NCBI RefSeq assembly: GCF_016433145.1
Contig: NC_058135.1
Span: 221,446,734 to 221,502,608, forward strand
Direction: 5' to 3'
From: Gracilinanus agilis
Lineage: Eukaryota
Length of the DNA stretch: 55,875 nt
The position numbers and the translations under genes were made by a program. Of the stretch, positions 38,690 to 52,594 are shown in pieces (position 1 is the first letter of the stretch; every line of letters starts with the position of its first letter). The notes under the pieces are model-generated. The model was given only the letters and a program-made list of their open reading frames with translations, was not told the origin of the DNA and made no database searches.

Positions 38690-40210
38690 TTGATTCCCCT
38701 TCAGGTGATTAATAACCTAAGTGTAGGTGTCCCGGGACTTTTTCTTTCTCCAACCAAACCCTTTCTCTTAGTGACCTCATGAGCTCCCACAGGATTACTT
38801 ATCAGATATCCCCAGCTCCATATATCTAGCCCTAATCTCTCTCCTGAGCACTGACTACCTTTCATATACCAATGCCTGGATGCCCCCTAGGTATCTCGAA
38901 CTCCACCTGCCCAACACAGAACTCATTATCTTTTCCCTCAGACTTCCCCTCCTCCTCACTTCCTATGAAAGATACTCCTGCTCCATCATCTCCACTCTTC
39001 GTTCTGCCCAGAGCATCATATTTGGTTACCAAGTCCTGTTGATTCTCCCTCTGCATCTCCCACAGCCACCCCCTCACTCATACCACTAGCACCACCCTAG
39101 AGCAGGCTTTCATTATCTTTTAACTGGGCTGCTGCATTAGCTTCCTAATTGGTCTCCCCGCCTTCCATTTCCCAGTGGCCCTTTCCAGCCCCCCTCAACA
39201 TGAATGCTTTCCCTCTGAGATTTTCTCTAATTTACCCTGTATATAGCTTATTTGTACATAGCTGTTTGCATGTGACCTCCCTATTTGACTGTGAGCTCAC
39301 TGAAGGTGATGGCTGTCTTTTGCCTTTGTCACTGGCACTTAGCATGGTCCTTGGCACGTGTAAATGCTTCATAAATGCTGGTTGTCTTGACTTGATTTCC
39401 CTCATGTCAAATGGTACTCTAGGCAGCTGCCAAAGTGGTCTTGTCGAAGTGCAGGTCTATTTCCAGTCTTGGAGAGGCTACATTAGGGGTTCCCAGTTGC
39501 TTCTAAGATAAACTACCACCTCCTATGTTTGACCTTTATTCACAGTCCGGCTCTAGTGGACCTTTCTGGGTGGATGACCCCCTCCTCCTCTTTCCACACA
39601 TTACATTCCAGCCGGACGTGCCTCCTTGATGTTCCCATGATTCCGTCTCCTCGCTCCCTGCCTTTGCACAAGCTGTCCCCATGCCTGGAGCGCATTGCCT
39701 CTTTACCTCCAACTCTGAGCATTGTTAGCCTCCTTTAAGCTCCAGGCCAACTGCTGCCTCCTACAGGAGGGCACCAGGCTTCTTGCTCACCCTTTTTTGG
39801 GTGCTTGGCAGCCTTTTACACTTCTGAACCTCTGCTCCAGGATAGTCGTTCCTCCTTGCATTCTCATTACACAGCCTTCTCTCCATTCTCCTCTTACCTG
39901 TAGGACCACTCCAGTTTCCTTTGTGGGATCACTATCCAGTACGTGCCCCCAAACTGCAGGGGTTCCCCTAAGTCCCTTCCTGAGGTCTTTCTCTAGTTTA
40001 CAGCTCTCATGTGTGAAATGATTCCCTCTCTGCCCCTAGCCTGGTCCTAGAGCTGCTGGCTGCAGGAAGCCTTGTCTGCTCTCCCCCATCCCCCAGTTTC
40101 CCCTTGGATCTGGCTGACTGTGTCTAGGTTGCCTCCCCCCACTAGAATGTAAGCTTCTCAAGGGCCAGGATTTCACTTGTCTGTGTTCCCAGAACAGGCC
40201 CAGGACCTAG
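38690..40210 (+). mobile_element. L2 LINE 3' region fragments
   Basis: acagaactcattatcttttccc, tgactgtgagctcactgaagg, ctagaatgtaagcttctcaagggccagg. Confidence 0.75.
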
Positions 40211-40548
40211 TTCCTGTCAGCGGGTCACAGTGACCTGTTGGCTGGTTCGGTTAGTACCAACTCCAGATTATTTTGTATCTATTTCTTTGGGTTCCTATTG
40301 TTCTCCGCCCCCCCCCCCCAAGACTCTAACATTCTTGAGAGCAGGGACTGTTGGGTTTTTGTCCTTTTATCTCCAGCACCCAGCACTGTGTGGTTGCTTA
40401 AACACAAACAGTGGCTGTAAAAAAGCTTCCTGAAGGAATGGATGATTCTCCACTTGCTCCAGTCGGAGACTTATCCCTATAGGTGGTCTCTCTCTGACCT
40501 GTCAGTTTATGAATAAAGAGTCTGTAGGGTTCTAGTAAGTGCTGACTT

Positions 40549-40781
40549 GGGGCAACAAGGTGGCGCAGTGGACAGAATGGAAGACCCATCCCTGAAGGCC
40601 TTCCACTAACCGTGTGACCCTGGGCAAGTCACTTAGCCAAACGGAACTGTTTGCTTCAGTTTCCTCATCTATAAAATGAGCTGGAGAAGGAATGGCAAAC
40701 TGCTCCAGTATGTTTGCTGAGAAACCCCAAATGGGGTCAGGAAGAGTCAGACACAGTTGAAAAGTCTGAACAACAACAAAA
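40549..40781 (+). mobile_element. MAR1-type SINE, near full length
   Basis: ggggcaacaaggtggcgcagtggacag head, CORE, and RTE-type tail ending acaacaacaaaa. Confidence 0.85.
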
Positions 40782-41544
40782 TGCAAAGCATTCCAATTGA
40801 TCTTTGCTAGATGACAAGCCTGGTCTGGATGCGTGATATGTGTAAGCATATTGCAGAATCACAAAATGTCTGACGGAGATCTCAGACACTATCTTGCCCA
40901 GCCCTTTCATTAAAAAGGCCCTGAGAGGGGTCGGAACTTGCCCAAGGTCACATTGTAAGTTAATTAGTGGCGAAATTGGATCTTAAATCTAGATTTGTTT
41001 TGATTTGTTTTTTAAAGCTTTTGGCTTCAAATCAGGACTTTTCCCACAGGCCTCTTATCCTGCAAGAGACCCATTTTTAAGCCACTAAACCATTGGGCTG
41101 AGGCACATGTGTGTTAACGGAACCGTGGCCCAGTTGTGGTGGTAAAAAAGAAAACAGAGTTGCTACATTAAATCCCAGGAAAAGTCACTGCTGCTTTCCC
41201 CACCGTCAGCCACAATTAGCTCTAGTCTTGGTTTAGAAGCCGTTCCACCAAGTGCCAAAGACTGTTGATTCCCCCTCTTAGATGAGAGTCAGTGGGTGCC
41301 ACAGAATTAGTATGGGGGGCCTGTGACTGATTTGTGGACAGAAACTCAGCACTTGTGAATGTAGGTAAGAATCAACATTTTATATGATTGTTATTATTAC
41401 AAAGGGAAAAGATCAGGCTGTCTTATTGTTTCTAAAGCTTTAAAAAAGCATCTATCTGAAAACACCCCGTGAGGTAAGTAGGGCATTTATTATTGTTCTT
41501 ACTTTATAAATGAAGAAACTAACATTTAAAGAAATTTAAGTAGA

Positions 41545-42650
41545 ACGTGGAACATATGACCTATCAGATTTATGGATGGGGAAGAATGTATGAAAAATGA
41601 AGAGACAGAGAGCACTGTGAGATATAAAATGGATAATTTTGATTACATTAAATAAAAAAGTTTTGTACAAACAAAACCAATGCAACCAAGATTAGAAGGA
41701 AGCAGAAAATTAGAGGGGCAGATTTTATAGTTTCTTGGATAAAGGCTTCATGTCTCAAACATATAGCTAAGTCAAATTTATAAAAATATGAGTCATTCCT
41801 CAACTGATAAATGGTCAAAGAATATGAACAGGCAGTTTTGGGAAGAAAAAATCAAAATTCTTTATAGTCATAGGGGAAAAAATGCTCTAAAACATTATTT
41901 ATTCAAGAAATGCAAATTAAAATAACTCTGCCATCTCGAACCTATCAGATTGGTTAAAATGACAGAAAGGAAAAATGACAAATGTTGCAGGGAATGTGGG
42001 AAAATTGGGGCCCCGATACACTGTTGGTGAACTGTGAACTGATCTAACCATTTTAGAAAGCAACCTGGAATTATGCCCAAAGAGTTACAATACTGTGTAT
42101 ACTCTTTGTCCCAGCAATACCACTATTAGGTCTGTTTCCCAAGATGATCTGAGATTAAAAAAAAAAAAGGAAAAGAACCTGTATGCTCCAAAACATTTAT
42201 AGCAGTTCTCTCTAGAAATTGAGGAGATGCCCATCAATTGGGAAATGGCTGAATAAATTGTCGTATAAGATTGTGATGGCATACTACTGTGCTGTCAGAA
42301 AGGCCAAGGAGGTTGGTTTTAGGAAAAAATGGAAAGATTTGCATGAAATAATGCAGAATGAAACGAGCAGAACCAAGAGCATGTCGAATAGACTAACAGC
42401 TGCATTATTTGAAGAGTAACTGTGAATGACTAAGCTATTCTCAGTAATATGAACATTCAAATCAACCACGAAGGACTTTATGAAGGAAGCTGCTCTCCAT
42501 CTCCAGGGAAAGAATTGATAAATGGAAGTATGTATTTTCTGGTTCCATATAAATATCTTTATCAAATGTTGGCTTTCTCTAATGTAGGGTTGGGAGGGAA
42601 AGTGGGAGACAATTCAGAACTCAAAATGTATAAATAAATATTTTTTAAAA
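41545..42650 (+). mobile_element. L1 ORF2 C-terminus and 3' UTR
   Basis: aagaaatgcaaattaaaataactctg, ggtgaactgtgaactgatctaaccattttagaaagc, AATAAA tail. Confidence 0.88.
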
Positions 42651-43881
42651 AGAGATTTCAGTGATTTCTCACGGCTAGTACTCTAAGTGTCAGAGCCGAG
42701 ATTCAAAGACAAATTTCTTTGGATCCTATTCCAAAGTTCTTTTTATTACCACTGTGCCAATACAAAAAGGTATTAGATGTGTCATGTCTACAGCTTAATT
42801 CTACAAATTAATTGTGGGAGGTTGTGAGACATGACAGGCCCCATTTGGGTAAACAATCAGTCATGTTCCTTTATACAGAGCTTCAGCCTAGAGAGTTTGG
42901 CTTTCTCTCGTTAATGGTTGCCATAACCCTGGAAAGCAGCTGGAAGTCTCACAGGCTTGTTCTTGTTGTACAGATGTAGTCACTGATTACCTTTTGGGAG
43001 AAAAACAAGGTGAGCTGTAGAAAGCTCAGGATTCTACTCAGTCCATCAGGTTGCACCATCTCTTTCATATTCACTGCCAGTCCAAATCTTCTCAATACTT
43101 CAAGGTCCGGGACAAGACTTGTCTCCCTGACTGCTCCAGACTACATAGATGTCCCTGTTTTCCAAACTGTTAGACATTTTTCTAGTTTGTGCCCTAGAAC
43201 CTTATATGTGATTAAATGAGCATAAATATTTCCACACAGAGCTTGCAGGGAGAAATCTTAGTCATCAAATCTTGAGTCACCAAATTTGTCACACAATCTC
43301 ATATTCTGAGTCACAGACTCTTAAAATCATGAAATCCATTGAATCTTGTGGAGCCCCAGGAGCTTGGAATCATGGAAGGTTGCCAGTAGGAGCCGACCCT
43401 GGAGTTGCTCAGTTAGTATCTGTATTTTTTTTTTCGTCACATTGTTTCTCTATTCTAAATGTGTATGTCTTGTCTCCCTAATCAGATTGGATGAATTCTA
43501 AATCAGAACCCAGGTAGTCCTCCTTTTCTTTTTCTCTTTCCCTCAGAAGAACCAAACCTAAGACTGGGCACACCAGTAGTCTCAGGGAACTGCAACTTAG
43601 GATGTAGCAGAATTCTTTCTTCCAAAGCAGAGAGATCACTGTGAGTCAGGGGAATGCATATAGGATTTGGAGTCAGAGGACCTGGCTGAATCTGGCCTTT
43701 GCCACTTACTACCTGTAGGGCATGGCTGAGAAATAACAACTAGATCGTTTCTCAAAGGGTTCCTTCCAGTTCCAAAAATGTGATCTTAAGATTTCTAAGT
43801 TTCTCTTCTAGAGTCACATGAGTGTTGAATCAGGAACAGAGGAAATCCCAAGGAGAGTATCAAGGGACAGGTTGTAATGTG

Positions 43882-43919
<38 letters not shown>

Positions 43920-44249
43920 GCTCATTTTTTTCATGGCTGAAAACTCTACTCTCTGCTTTTAGGGATTGTAATAAATTGCTTATGCTACAGCAAAGGCTCA
44001 AAGTCTCTCAGAGATAATAACATTTTATATCTATATAAGCTAGAAAGCTTGCCCAGAGGGTTCACATATGCTTGATCTTAGTTCTGGTTAGGAGCCTCCA
44101 TTAAGGCCTAGCTGCTCTGTCACTAACTACCTATATGATGAGTCATATAAACTGAGTCTCAATTTCCCATTTGTCAAGGAAGAGGTTAAGTTCAGTAAAC
44201 TCTAAGGTACCTCCAAATGTGAATAGTCTCGTATAGTTTTTACATTCCA

Positions 44250-45875
44250 TGTTCTAAGATCCCTGACAACCCTGACATTCTAAGGTATCCATGACATCTT
44301 TGACATTCGATGCTCCATGGTCCTTGACAGCTCTAATATCCTATGATCTAGGTTCTATGGTCCTTGACAGCTCTAACATTCTATGATCTAGGTTCAATGG
44401 TCCCTGACAGCTCTGACATTCTGTGATCTAAGTTCTATGGTCTCTGACAGTTCTGACATTCTGTGATCTAGGTTCTATGGTCCCTGACAGCTCTGACATT
44501 CTATACTCCATGGTCTCTGACAGCTCTGACATTCTATGATCTTGGTTCTAAGGTCTCTGATAGCTCTGACATTCTATGATCTTGGTTCTAAGGTCTCTGA
44601 TAGCTCTGACATTCTATGATCCATGTTCTATAGTCTCTAACAGCTCTGACATTCTATGCTCCATAGTCCCTGACAGCTCTGACATTCTATGATGTAAGTT
44701 CTATGGTCTCTGACAACTCTGACATTCCATGATCTAGGTTCTAGGGTCTCTGACAGCTCTAATATTCTATCATCTAGGTTCTAGGGTCTCTGGCAGCTCT
44801 GACATTCTGTGACCTAGGTTCTATGGTCCCTGACAGCTCTGACATTCTATGATCTTGGTTCTATGGTCTCTGACAGCTCTGACATTCTGTGATCTAGGTT
44901 CTATGGTCTCTGACAGCTCTGACATTCTATGATCTAGGTTCTATGGTCCCTGACAACTCTGACATTCCATGATCTAAGTTCTATGGTTTCTGACAGCGCT
45001 GACATTCTGTGATCTAGGTTCTATAGTCTCTGACAGCTCTGACATTCTATGATGTAAGTTCTATGGTCCCTGACAGCTCTGACATTCCATGATCTAGGTT
45101 CTAGGGTCCCTGACAGCTCTGACATTCTAGGATCTTGGTTCTATGGTCCCTGACAGCTCTGTCATTCTATGATCTATGTTTTATGGTCTCTGACAGCTCT
45201 GACATTCCATGATCTAGGTTCCAGGGTCCCTGACAGCTCTGACATTCCATGATCTAGGTTCTAGGGTCTTTGACAGCTCTGACATTCCATTATCTAGGTT
45301 CCAGGGTCCCTGACAGCTCTGTCATTCTGTGATCTATGTTCTATGGTCTCTGACAGCTCTGATACTCTATGCTCTATGGTCCCTAACAGCTCTGACATTC
45401 TATGATCTATGTTCTAGGGTCTCTGACAGCTCTGACATTCTATGATCTAGGTTCTATGGTCCATGACAGCTCTGACATTCTATGATCTAGGTTCTGTGGT
45501 CCCTGATAGCTCTGACATTCTATGATCTAAGTTCTATGGTCTCTGACAGCTCTGATATTCTATGATCTAGGTTCTAGGGTCTCTGAAAACTCTGACATTC
45601 TATGCTCCATAGTCCCTGACAGCTCTGACATTCTATGATCTAGGTTCTAGGGTCTCTGACAGTTCTGACATTATATGATCTAGGTTCTATGGTCCTTGAC
45701 AGCTCTGACATTCTATGATCTAGGTTCTATGGTCCTTGACAGCTCTGACATTCTATGATCTAGGTTCTAGGGTCTCTGACAGCTCTGATATTCTATAGTT
45801 TATTTTTCATGGTCCCTGATAGCTCTAATATTTTATTTTCCATGATCCCTAATAGCTCTGACCTGCTCTATTCCA
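44250..45875 (+). repeat. Minisatellite of about 40 units; 40-bp unit GGTCYCTGACAGCTCTGACATTCTRTGATCTAGGTTCTAT with 33-bp variants
   Basis: Period 40 directly visible (e.g. 44401/44441/44481). Degenerate units at both edges; preceded by a MIR core at about 44110-44215. Confidence 0.97.
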
Positions 45876-46139
45876 TTTAAGGTCTCTTCCAGCTTGGTAA
45901 ATCAATTTTACATTAGACCTCCATAAACAGCTGAGGCCCAGGCCCCTTGCCATCCAACAATCCAATCCAAACCCTTGTCAATAGGCCAGTTAACCATGGA
46001 ACCCAGTCCAGGTCCAGAGCCACTCTCTCTCTTTCCTCCCATCTCAATCCATAGCTGAGATAATTCAACAGCTGAGCTGGTGTCTTGAGTAATTATTGCT
46101 GCTTGGAAGGGTGTGACAATATACTCTTCCATCTCCTTT

Positions 46140-48230
46140 TGAATTCCCTATAATTTTCCATGAGTTCCCTTCCCCTGGCACCATTCCCTAATTCTCTGTC
46201 TCTATTCCCCTTGGTCCTACCTATCCTGGGAACCTATCCCCTCTGTTTTTGACAAATTGTCTTTTTTAGACCTCTTTCCCAGGTCATTCCTCCTCCTTGC
46301 CATCACGGTTCCATAGCTTCCCCCACAACACTACATCCCTGGCCACAGTCACCTCTAGATGTACCTTCTCTCAGGCTTCCCTACATCCTACACTGGACCA
46401 GGAAGGGTTGCTGTACTCCTTCTTTCTCCTCCCCGCCACATCCAGGCCCTCTCTCCCTCCTGCTGCTGTCATCACTCAGCAATGTCCACTCCTACAAGGT
46501 TCACTGGATCCAGATAGATCATCCCAACTCGTGCTTGGTGGCTGTTCTCTCTTGGCCCCCCCGGCATATTTTCTTTGCTTTCTCCAGGAGTTCAGCACAT
46601 AGCTTGTGATCTTCCTCACTTCCCCAAGTCCTGCCTTTATCTGTGTTCATGCCCCTCTTCAATTCCCATGACCTTCACTTCCATTCCACCTCAATCAGAC
46701 ACAGGGAGGCTCATTTGGTCTTTCAGGTTATAGCTCACAACTGTTCTTCTTCCACAATTTAAAACTCAGATTCTGCTCTCTGATCCAAACCTCCTCCTGC
46801 TGCTGTCATTTTTCTGTGTCTTTCTCACGTGTCCTAAACAAATTACCCATCCTAACTGCAACCTTCAATAACTCCAAACTCCTGGTCTTCCCAGGCCATT
46901 GCCCTGGGGCTGGCTTCATTTTCCTGCCTTTGAAATCTTGGCCTTAGAGTTAACCAGTTCACTTTTACCCTGTTCTCTACTGTCAGTTCCTTTGCCCCCT
47001 TGTCCTATTGCTACTTAGCAGTTTTTTGGAACCCCAGCACAGGATATCAGCCACCCACTCTCACTCCACTCCCACTAACTGCTATTCCTGGCATGATGCT
47101 TGGAAGTCATACAACCACGCTAACTAGGGCCGCTACAACAAACACGCTCTCTAACCTCAATTCAGTCATTACTGCTTGTACGGCTAGCCGTTATTCTCTC
47201 CCGACTGCCTCTCCATTGAACTCCCCAGTGCTCCTAGTCATTTCTTTTCCCCTCAAACCATATACACTTCCCCTCTTCCTCTCCTCTCAGCAGAGGAGAA
47301 AAAGAAAGCCAGCCCTCGTGCCCTCTTTCCTCTTCACGTTCCTTAGTTTTGCAGACACAGCCAAAGTTTTCTGTTCTGCAACCCCCTCCACATGATTCTC
47401 TTCTGTTTCAGTTTCAGGGAAAGAGGTGACTCCTCTCCTTGCTGGGCCTCAGAGAGCTTGACCCTTCCATCATCACTTCTCCCCCCTCCCTAACCTTCCA
47501 TCTTCTCTCTCCAATGGCTCCTTCCCTGGAGCCTACAACCTGCTTGAAAACAGACACCCCCAACCCTTTTATGTGATTGCCATTCTGTCAAGTTTCCACT
47601 CTGTCTCTTCTCTATTTCATGGCCACTCTCTCCCTACCTCCCCCAGCCGCCGAGGCGCTGTATGTTGTAGGGTTTCTTCTTCCTCGTGTCTCACTTCACT
47701 TCTCAACCTCTGGCTTTCATTCCCTTCCTCCCTGTCCCTCCGCACTGTGCGTTACAACTTTGCTTTCTCCTCCTGGCTCTCCTCCAACCTCTCTGGCTGT
47801 TCCTTCTTCATCTCTTTTGCAGGACCATCCTCCATGCCCCAGTCTCTATGCATCACTCTACTACAGGGTTCTGTCTTCGGTCATCTTGTCCTCAGTCTCT
47901 ATTGGCTCTGTTTTGGTGATCACCTCACCTCCTATTCACTCCACTATCATCTCTAGGCAGACAACTCCCAGCTCAACAGACTCAGCCCCATCTCTGTCTT
48001 CAGCATCCACTACTGGACAGCACCACGCCTGGGCCTCTCAGAGGTCTCTCACACTCACCAGCCCACAATGAAACACGTTCCTTATCTTTCTCCTAAATGC
48101 AGACCTTCCTCCTGAGGGCCTTCTTTTAGGCCTGAGCATCACTCTCCCACCATTTAACCCAGGTTTGGGCCCTTTGCAGTCCTCCCCTGGCCATCACTAG
48201 GAATCAATCTCCACATCTCATGGCATCACG
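46140..48230 (+). mobile_element. Long L2 relic (endonuclease through RT)
   Basis: Peptide LQGSVFGHLVLSLYWLCFGDHLTSYSLHYHL*ADNSQ resembles the QGSVLGPLLFSLY...YADDSQ RT motifs. Confidence 0.8.
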
Positions 48231-51200
48231 CAAGGCCGCTTCTGGCTTGGATCCTTCCTGTCTCTGTGTCTTTGGGGAAGTCATGTCACACCTACCTGGG
48301 CCTCATTTTCCTCATCTGTGAAATGGCCTGCAACATCTTGCCCAACTCTATGATCTGTCCTTTCTGGCCTGACTCACATAGCCACTTCCCTACTGGCGAC
48401 ACTAGAGGTTCCTATCCTGCCGGGTATGAGCTGATTTTTAAAAAAAATTGGCATGACTTGTTTCCTTTGTAACGCTCTGTGTTTTATGCATTTAAAAACA
48501 CTATTCTGAGGTGGGATCCAGAGACTTTGCTGGACTGCCAAAGAGATCCAGAAATGTCTAAGAACCCCTGGCTTCAACTGTTCTATCTTGGGTCTGAGCT
48601 ACATTCCTAGGCTTTTCTCACACTGCTCCCCTGACCCCCCGCCCTCCATGTGCCCATCTTACTGATCCTGAGGCTGATGCCAGGTTACATTCTAACTCTT
48701 CACTCTGGCACTCTGTTACAGATCATCCCCCACGCTAGAAATGCTTTTTCTCCTCAGTTTCTTGGAATCTCGTCTGTCCCTCCCCTTTTTAAAAAACCTT
48801 ACTTTCTGTCTTAGCATCAGTTCTAAGATAAGAGCCTTAAGGGCTAGGCAATGGAGGTTAAGTGACTTGCCTAGGGTCACATAGCTAGGAAGTGTCTGAG
48901 GCCAGATTTGAACCTAGAACCTCCTCAGCCCAAGCATATTGCTCTAGCTACTGTGCTTCCTAGCTGCCCCTCACTACTGGATGGGACATAAAGATGCTAC
49001 AGGCCAGGAGGATGCTATTTAGCTGCTAAGCCAGGACTCCAGCAGAGAGCTATTTTATTAAGTGAATGGTGACCACCTATTAGAGGCCAGGTGCCGTGTC
49101 AGGCACCGGAAATACAAAAACCTGAGCAAACCGTCCCTCGCCTTGGAGCGTGTCTATGCTGCTCCTGTGCCATGTAGTTGCCCCTCCAGCTTTGGGGCTT
49201 TTTTCCAAGGAGGAAACACACAATCTTATCCTACAAGGGTTCTAAAATCAACAGGAAGGCTATAGCTACATTGTCTACACAGACAACCAACTAGGATACA
49301 AGGTAGTACAGAGGAGCATTCAGAGATACAAGGTAGTAAGAGTCACCCAAGGATGAGTCAAACCAAGTGCTAGGAAAACTGAGGACAGATACTTCACTTT
49401 CCTCTGGGGACTCTGAGTGGAATGGCCGGGAAGGAAGAAAAAGAGGTGGAGGGGGATGGGAAATAGAAAGTGATGTATCAGAAATATGTAGCTGGCTAGG
49501 TTAACTGGAACAGAGTGAGGGAAGGCAAATCAACCTATAAAGAAAGATACAGGTGAGAGCTACAGATTGTAGGAGGCTGAAATAGAAAAGCTGAGGATTA
49601 GTATACTTTACTGAAGAGAAAAGGATGATCTTTGAATAGGGAAATCAATCGCTCAAGAAACATTTCCACCGTTCCAAGCACTGTGCTAATACTGGCAAAG
49701 TAAATACAAAGAAACTCAAAAACAATTCCTGTCCTCAAGGAGCTCACATTAGGATACCTACAAGATACAGACTATGAATGGAATCTGAGGGGGAAGGCAC
49801 CAGCAGTTGCCTTGATGGGGGTACAGGGTATCTGAGAAAAACCTCCTAGAGAAGTTAAGATTTGAACTGAGCTTTGAAGGAAGCCAGGGAAACTAAGAGC
49901 CAGAGAGGAGAGGGGAAGAACAACCAAGGCACCTTGACAGTCTACCATATTCAAGAGACTGAAAACAAATGATCATCACTGGCTCTGAGAGTTTAAGGAG
50001 GGATCACCAGGTTGGCAAAGAGCATTAAATGGCCAACAGGAGTTTAAATAGGAAGTCAGTGGGGTTCCTTGGCAGCGGAGTGGAGGATTTATTAGAACAG
50101 GGAGAGGCTTTGAGACTGGGACTACCATAAGAGTCCAGGTGAACGGAGGAGCCAAGTAGAGGTAGTGAAGGTCAGAATGAATGGGCCACAGGGACATTTG
50201 ATGGGGCAGACAGACACTGCTTTCCTGGGGCTGGCTACCTTTTCCACTCACTCTGCCCTGTGATGGCTTCTCTCTGACAGATGAGGGCAGAGATTTTACA
50301 GCCACAACAGATCCTGGGGAAGAAGCAGCATCTTCCTGAGCTCCAGGTGGCATTGGACTCCGATTTCCACAGATGAGGCTGAACCAAGATCTTAACTCCA
50401 GAGTTTCTGCATTCTATGAGAAGCATGAGACTCTGAGAACTGTCCTGGGGACATTTCTCTGCTTGCTCAGGGGAAGACTCAGACCGTGCCTGACCCAGAA
50501 TTCCTGGGAACAGATTCATCCTATGTTTATAGGTATTTCTGGAGCACTTCTAGAGGGCTTCGAGCTCCTCAGCAGAAGTTCACTGTTTATAATTATAGGT
50601 GGTCTCTTTGTTATGAAGTACTTTTTTTTTTACTCATTGATTCCATGTGAAAACTACAAGTTTTACACACCCTTTCCCAGCATGTGGGTACATTTCTTTG
50701 GGGGAGCCAACTCCATTAAATCAAGGTTACATGACAAATATTCACTAAAATATAGTTCAGTCAGAAGGAGGCAGGGTCACCCAGTTGCATAGATCAACAA
50801 ATTTACATATCTCTTACACAAGTCATCAGTTACTGATCCATAGAGAGAGGAAGAGCTGAAGGACAGGAGGGCCTTGTCTCTGACGCTTACAGTCATACTT
50901 ACATTTATTGAGTGCTTCCATTCCAGAAGCAAACAGCCAAGGGGATTCCCTAAGTGTCAGTGGCTCTCAGGACCACCTGGAAACATTAGAGCACCCTTAG
51001 GCCCTCTTTGTAGCTTTTCATTGTCCTACCCATAATCTTCATTCTTTGGACATTAGGGCATTCTGCATAGCATCAGGAGGATAATGATGTTAAAAAGACA
51101 AGTTTTTATGTGAGGACAAAGTTTGGAGCCATTAGGAGTACTGGTTAGTTTCTCAAATGGAATCCAGCCTACCGTCTTCTTCCTGCACAAGTTCTCACCC

Positions 51201-52594
51201 AGCCCTAAATCCTACTTGATACTTTTCAATCATGGTTCCTCCCTTCACACCTTCTGACACCCAGGGGTGGGAAGATATGGCAAACACCATCCTTTTGCCA
51301 CCATCACTAAGCAACTACTTTTCTTCTTCTAAAGTTCATTCTGTGCTATCTAAATTCTTGTTTCTGTCATCTATGGACCTCAGAGTCACTCTTCTTTCTT
51401 CACCAAGGAGTTTAGTACCTGGCTCAGGGTATTCTTCTCCATAATAACCCCTGCCTCCTTCAAATGGTCTGAGCTCTAAATTCTAAAAATTCTATGACTT
51501 CTCTCACTAGGTTACTTCAGCCATACCTAAGTGAGCAGACCTCAGACATGACCCTTCCCAACTAAATTTACCCTAGATCTTAGTTAAGGCTTCAGACAAA
51601 TGCCTTGGACAAATATACATCACCCTGTTGTATGTTTCATCTCAAGCTGATAAGCAGAAGATTGCTGAACAAAATTATCTCCGTGGTTTCATCTCTCAAG
51701 GAATCTTGTATAATTTCTACATGGGCATGGAGAGCTTTAAGATTGCCTTTTGTTCTTTTGAGCCAAATGCTTTAAAAAAAAACCATAAACTATAAGATCC
51801 TGCATTCTCTAAACCTCTGAAATGATTTATGATTGTGAAGATATAGTTTACCACGGAAAATTATCACAATTACCTAAATATTCTCTTCTCTAATAACAAC
51901 CTTAAATTGGTAAAACATCTGAAGGTTTACAAAGCTTTTCATAATCAACAGTCACTAGCATTTACATAAAACTTTAAAATTTGCAACATACTTTACAAAT
52001 ATTATCTCATTCTGCCATTTGCAAGTTACATGACCTTTCTCAATTCATCTAAATCCTCCGAACCTCTGTTTTCCTTATTCTTCAAAAATTTGTCCTCTTT
52101 CCCTAATTTATATTAAGGAAATATATATACATACATGTGTGTATACATATATGTATATGTAAGTCATAATGCTCAATATAAATGCCCACGGTTGTTATTA
52201 CTATCCTGATTATCAGGTGAGGTAGATGGCAGTTTCCTAAGTCATGGAGAATGACTGTCCTACATGGACTCTAAATGGAGGGAGTCCCTCCAGATACTCT
52301 TTCTGTGTATTTTTATGCTGACTGCATCAAAGCCCAGCATGCTACAGAATCATCGCAAAGATATTCATGGCCACTCAAAAGAGATTGACTCAGTCTAGTA
52401 GGGGAAGACCAAGTGAATGGAGAATGTTTGTTGTCCAGTCTGACATGCATGGTACATGTGGGTAAGCAGCCACTGAATGAGTGTATTGGTATATCTTTGC
52501 CTGGACCTAGAGTGAATTAGAGGAAAGGAGGAAACTGGATTACATGGGGAAACGGCAGAGCTCCACCAAGGATACCAAGCAAATGTCTACTTTT

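Noticed and set aside
44250-45875. Minisatellite as a CRISPR-like array, coding repeat or Rsx-type lncRNA repeat
   Set aside because: There are no unique spacers, and the 40-bp period with frequent stops excludes coding. I see no flanking-gene or sequence evidence tying the locus to Rsx.
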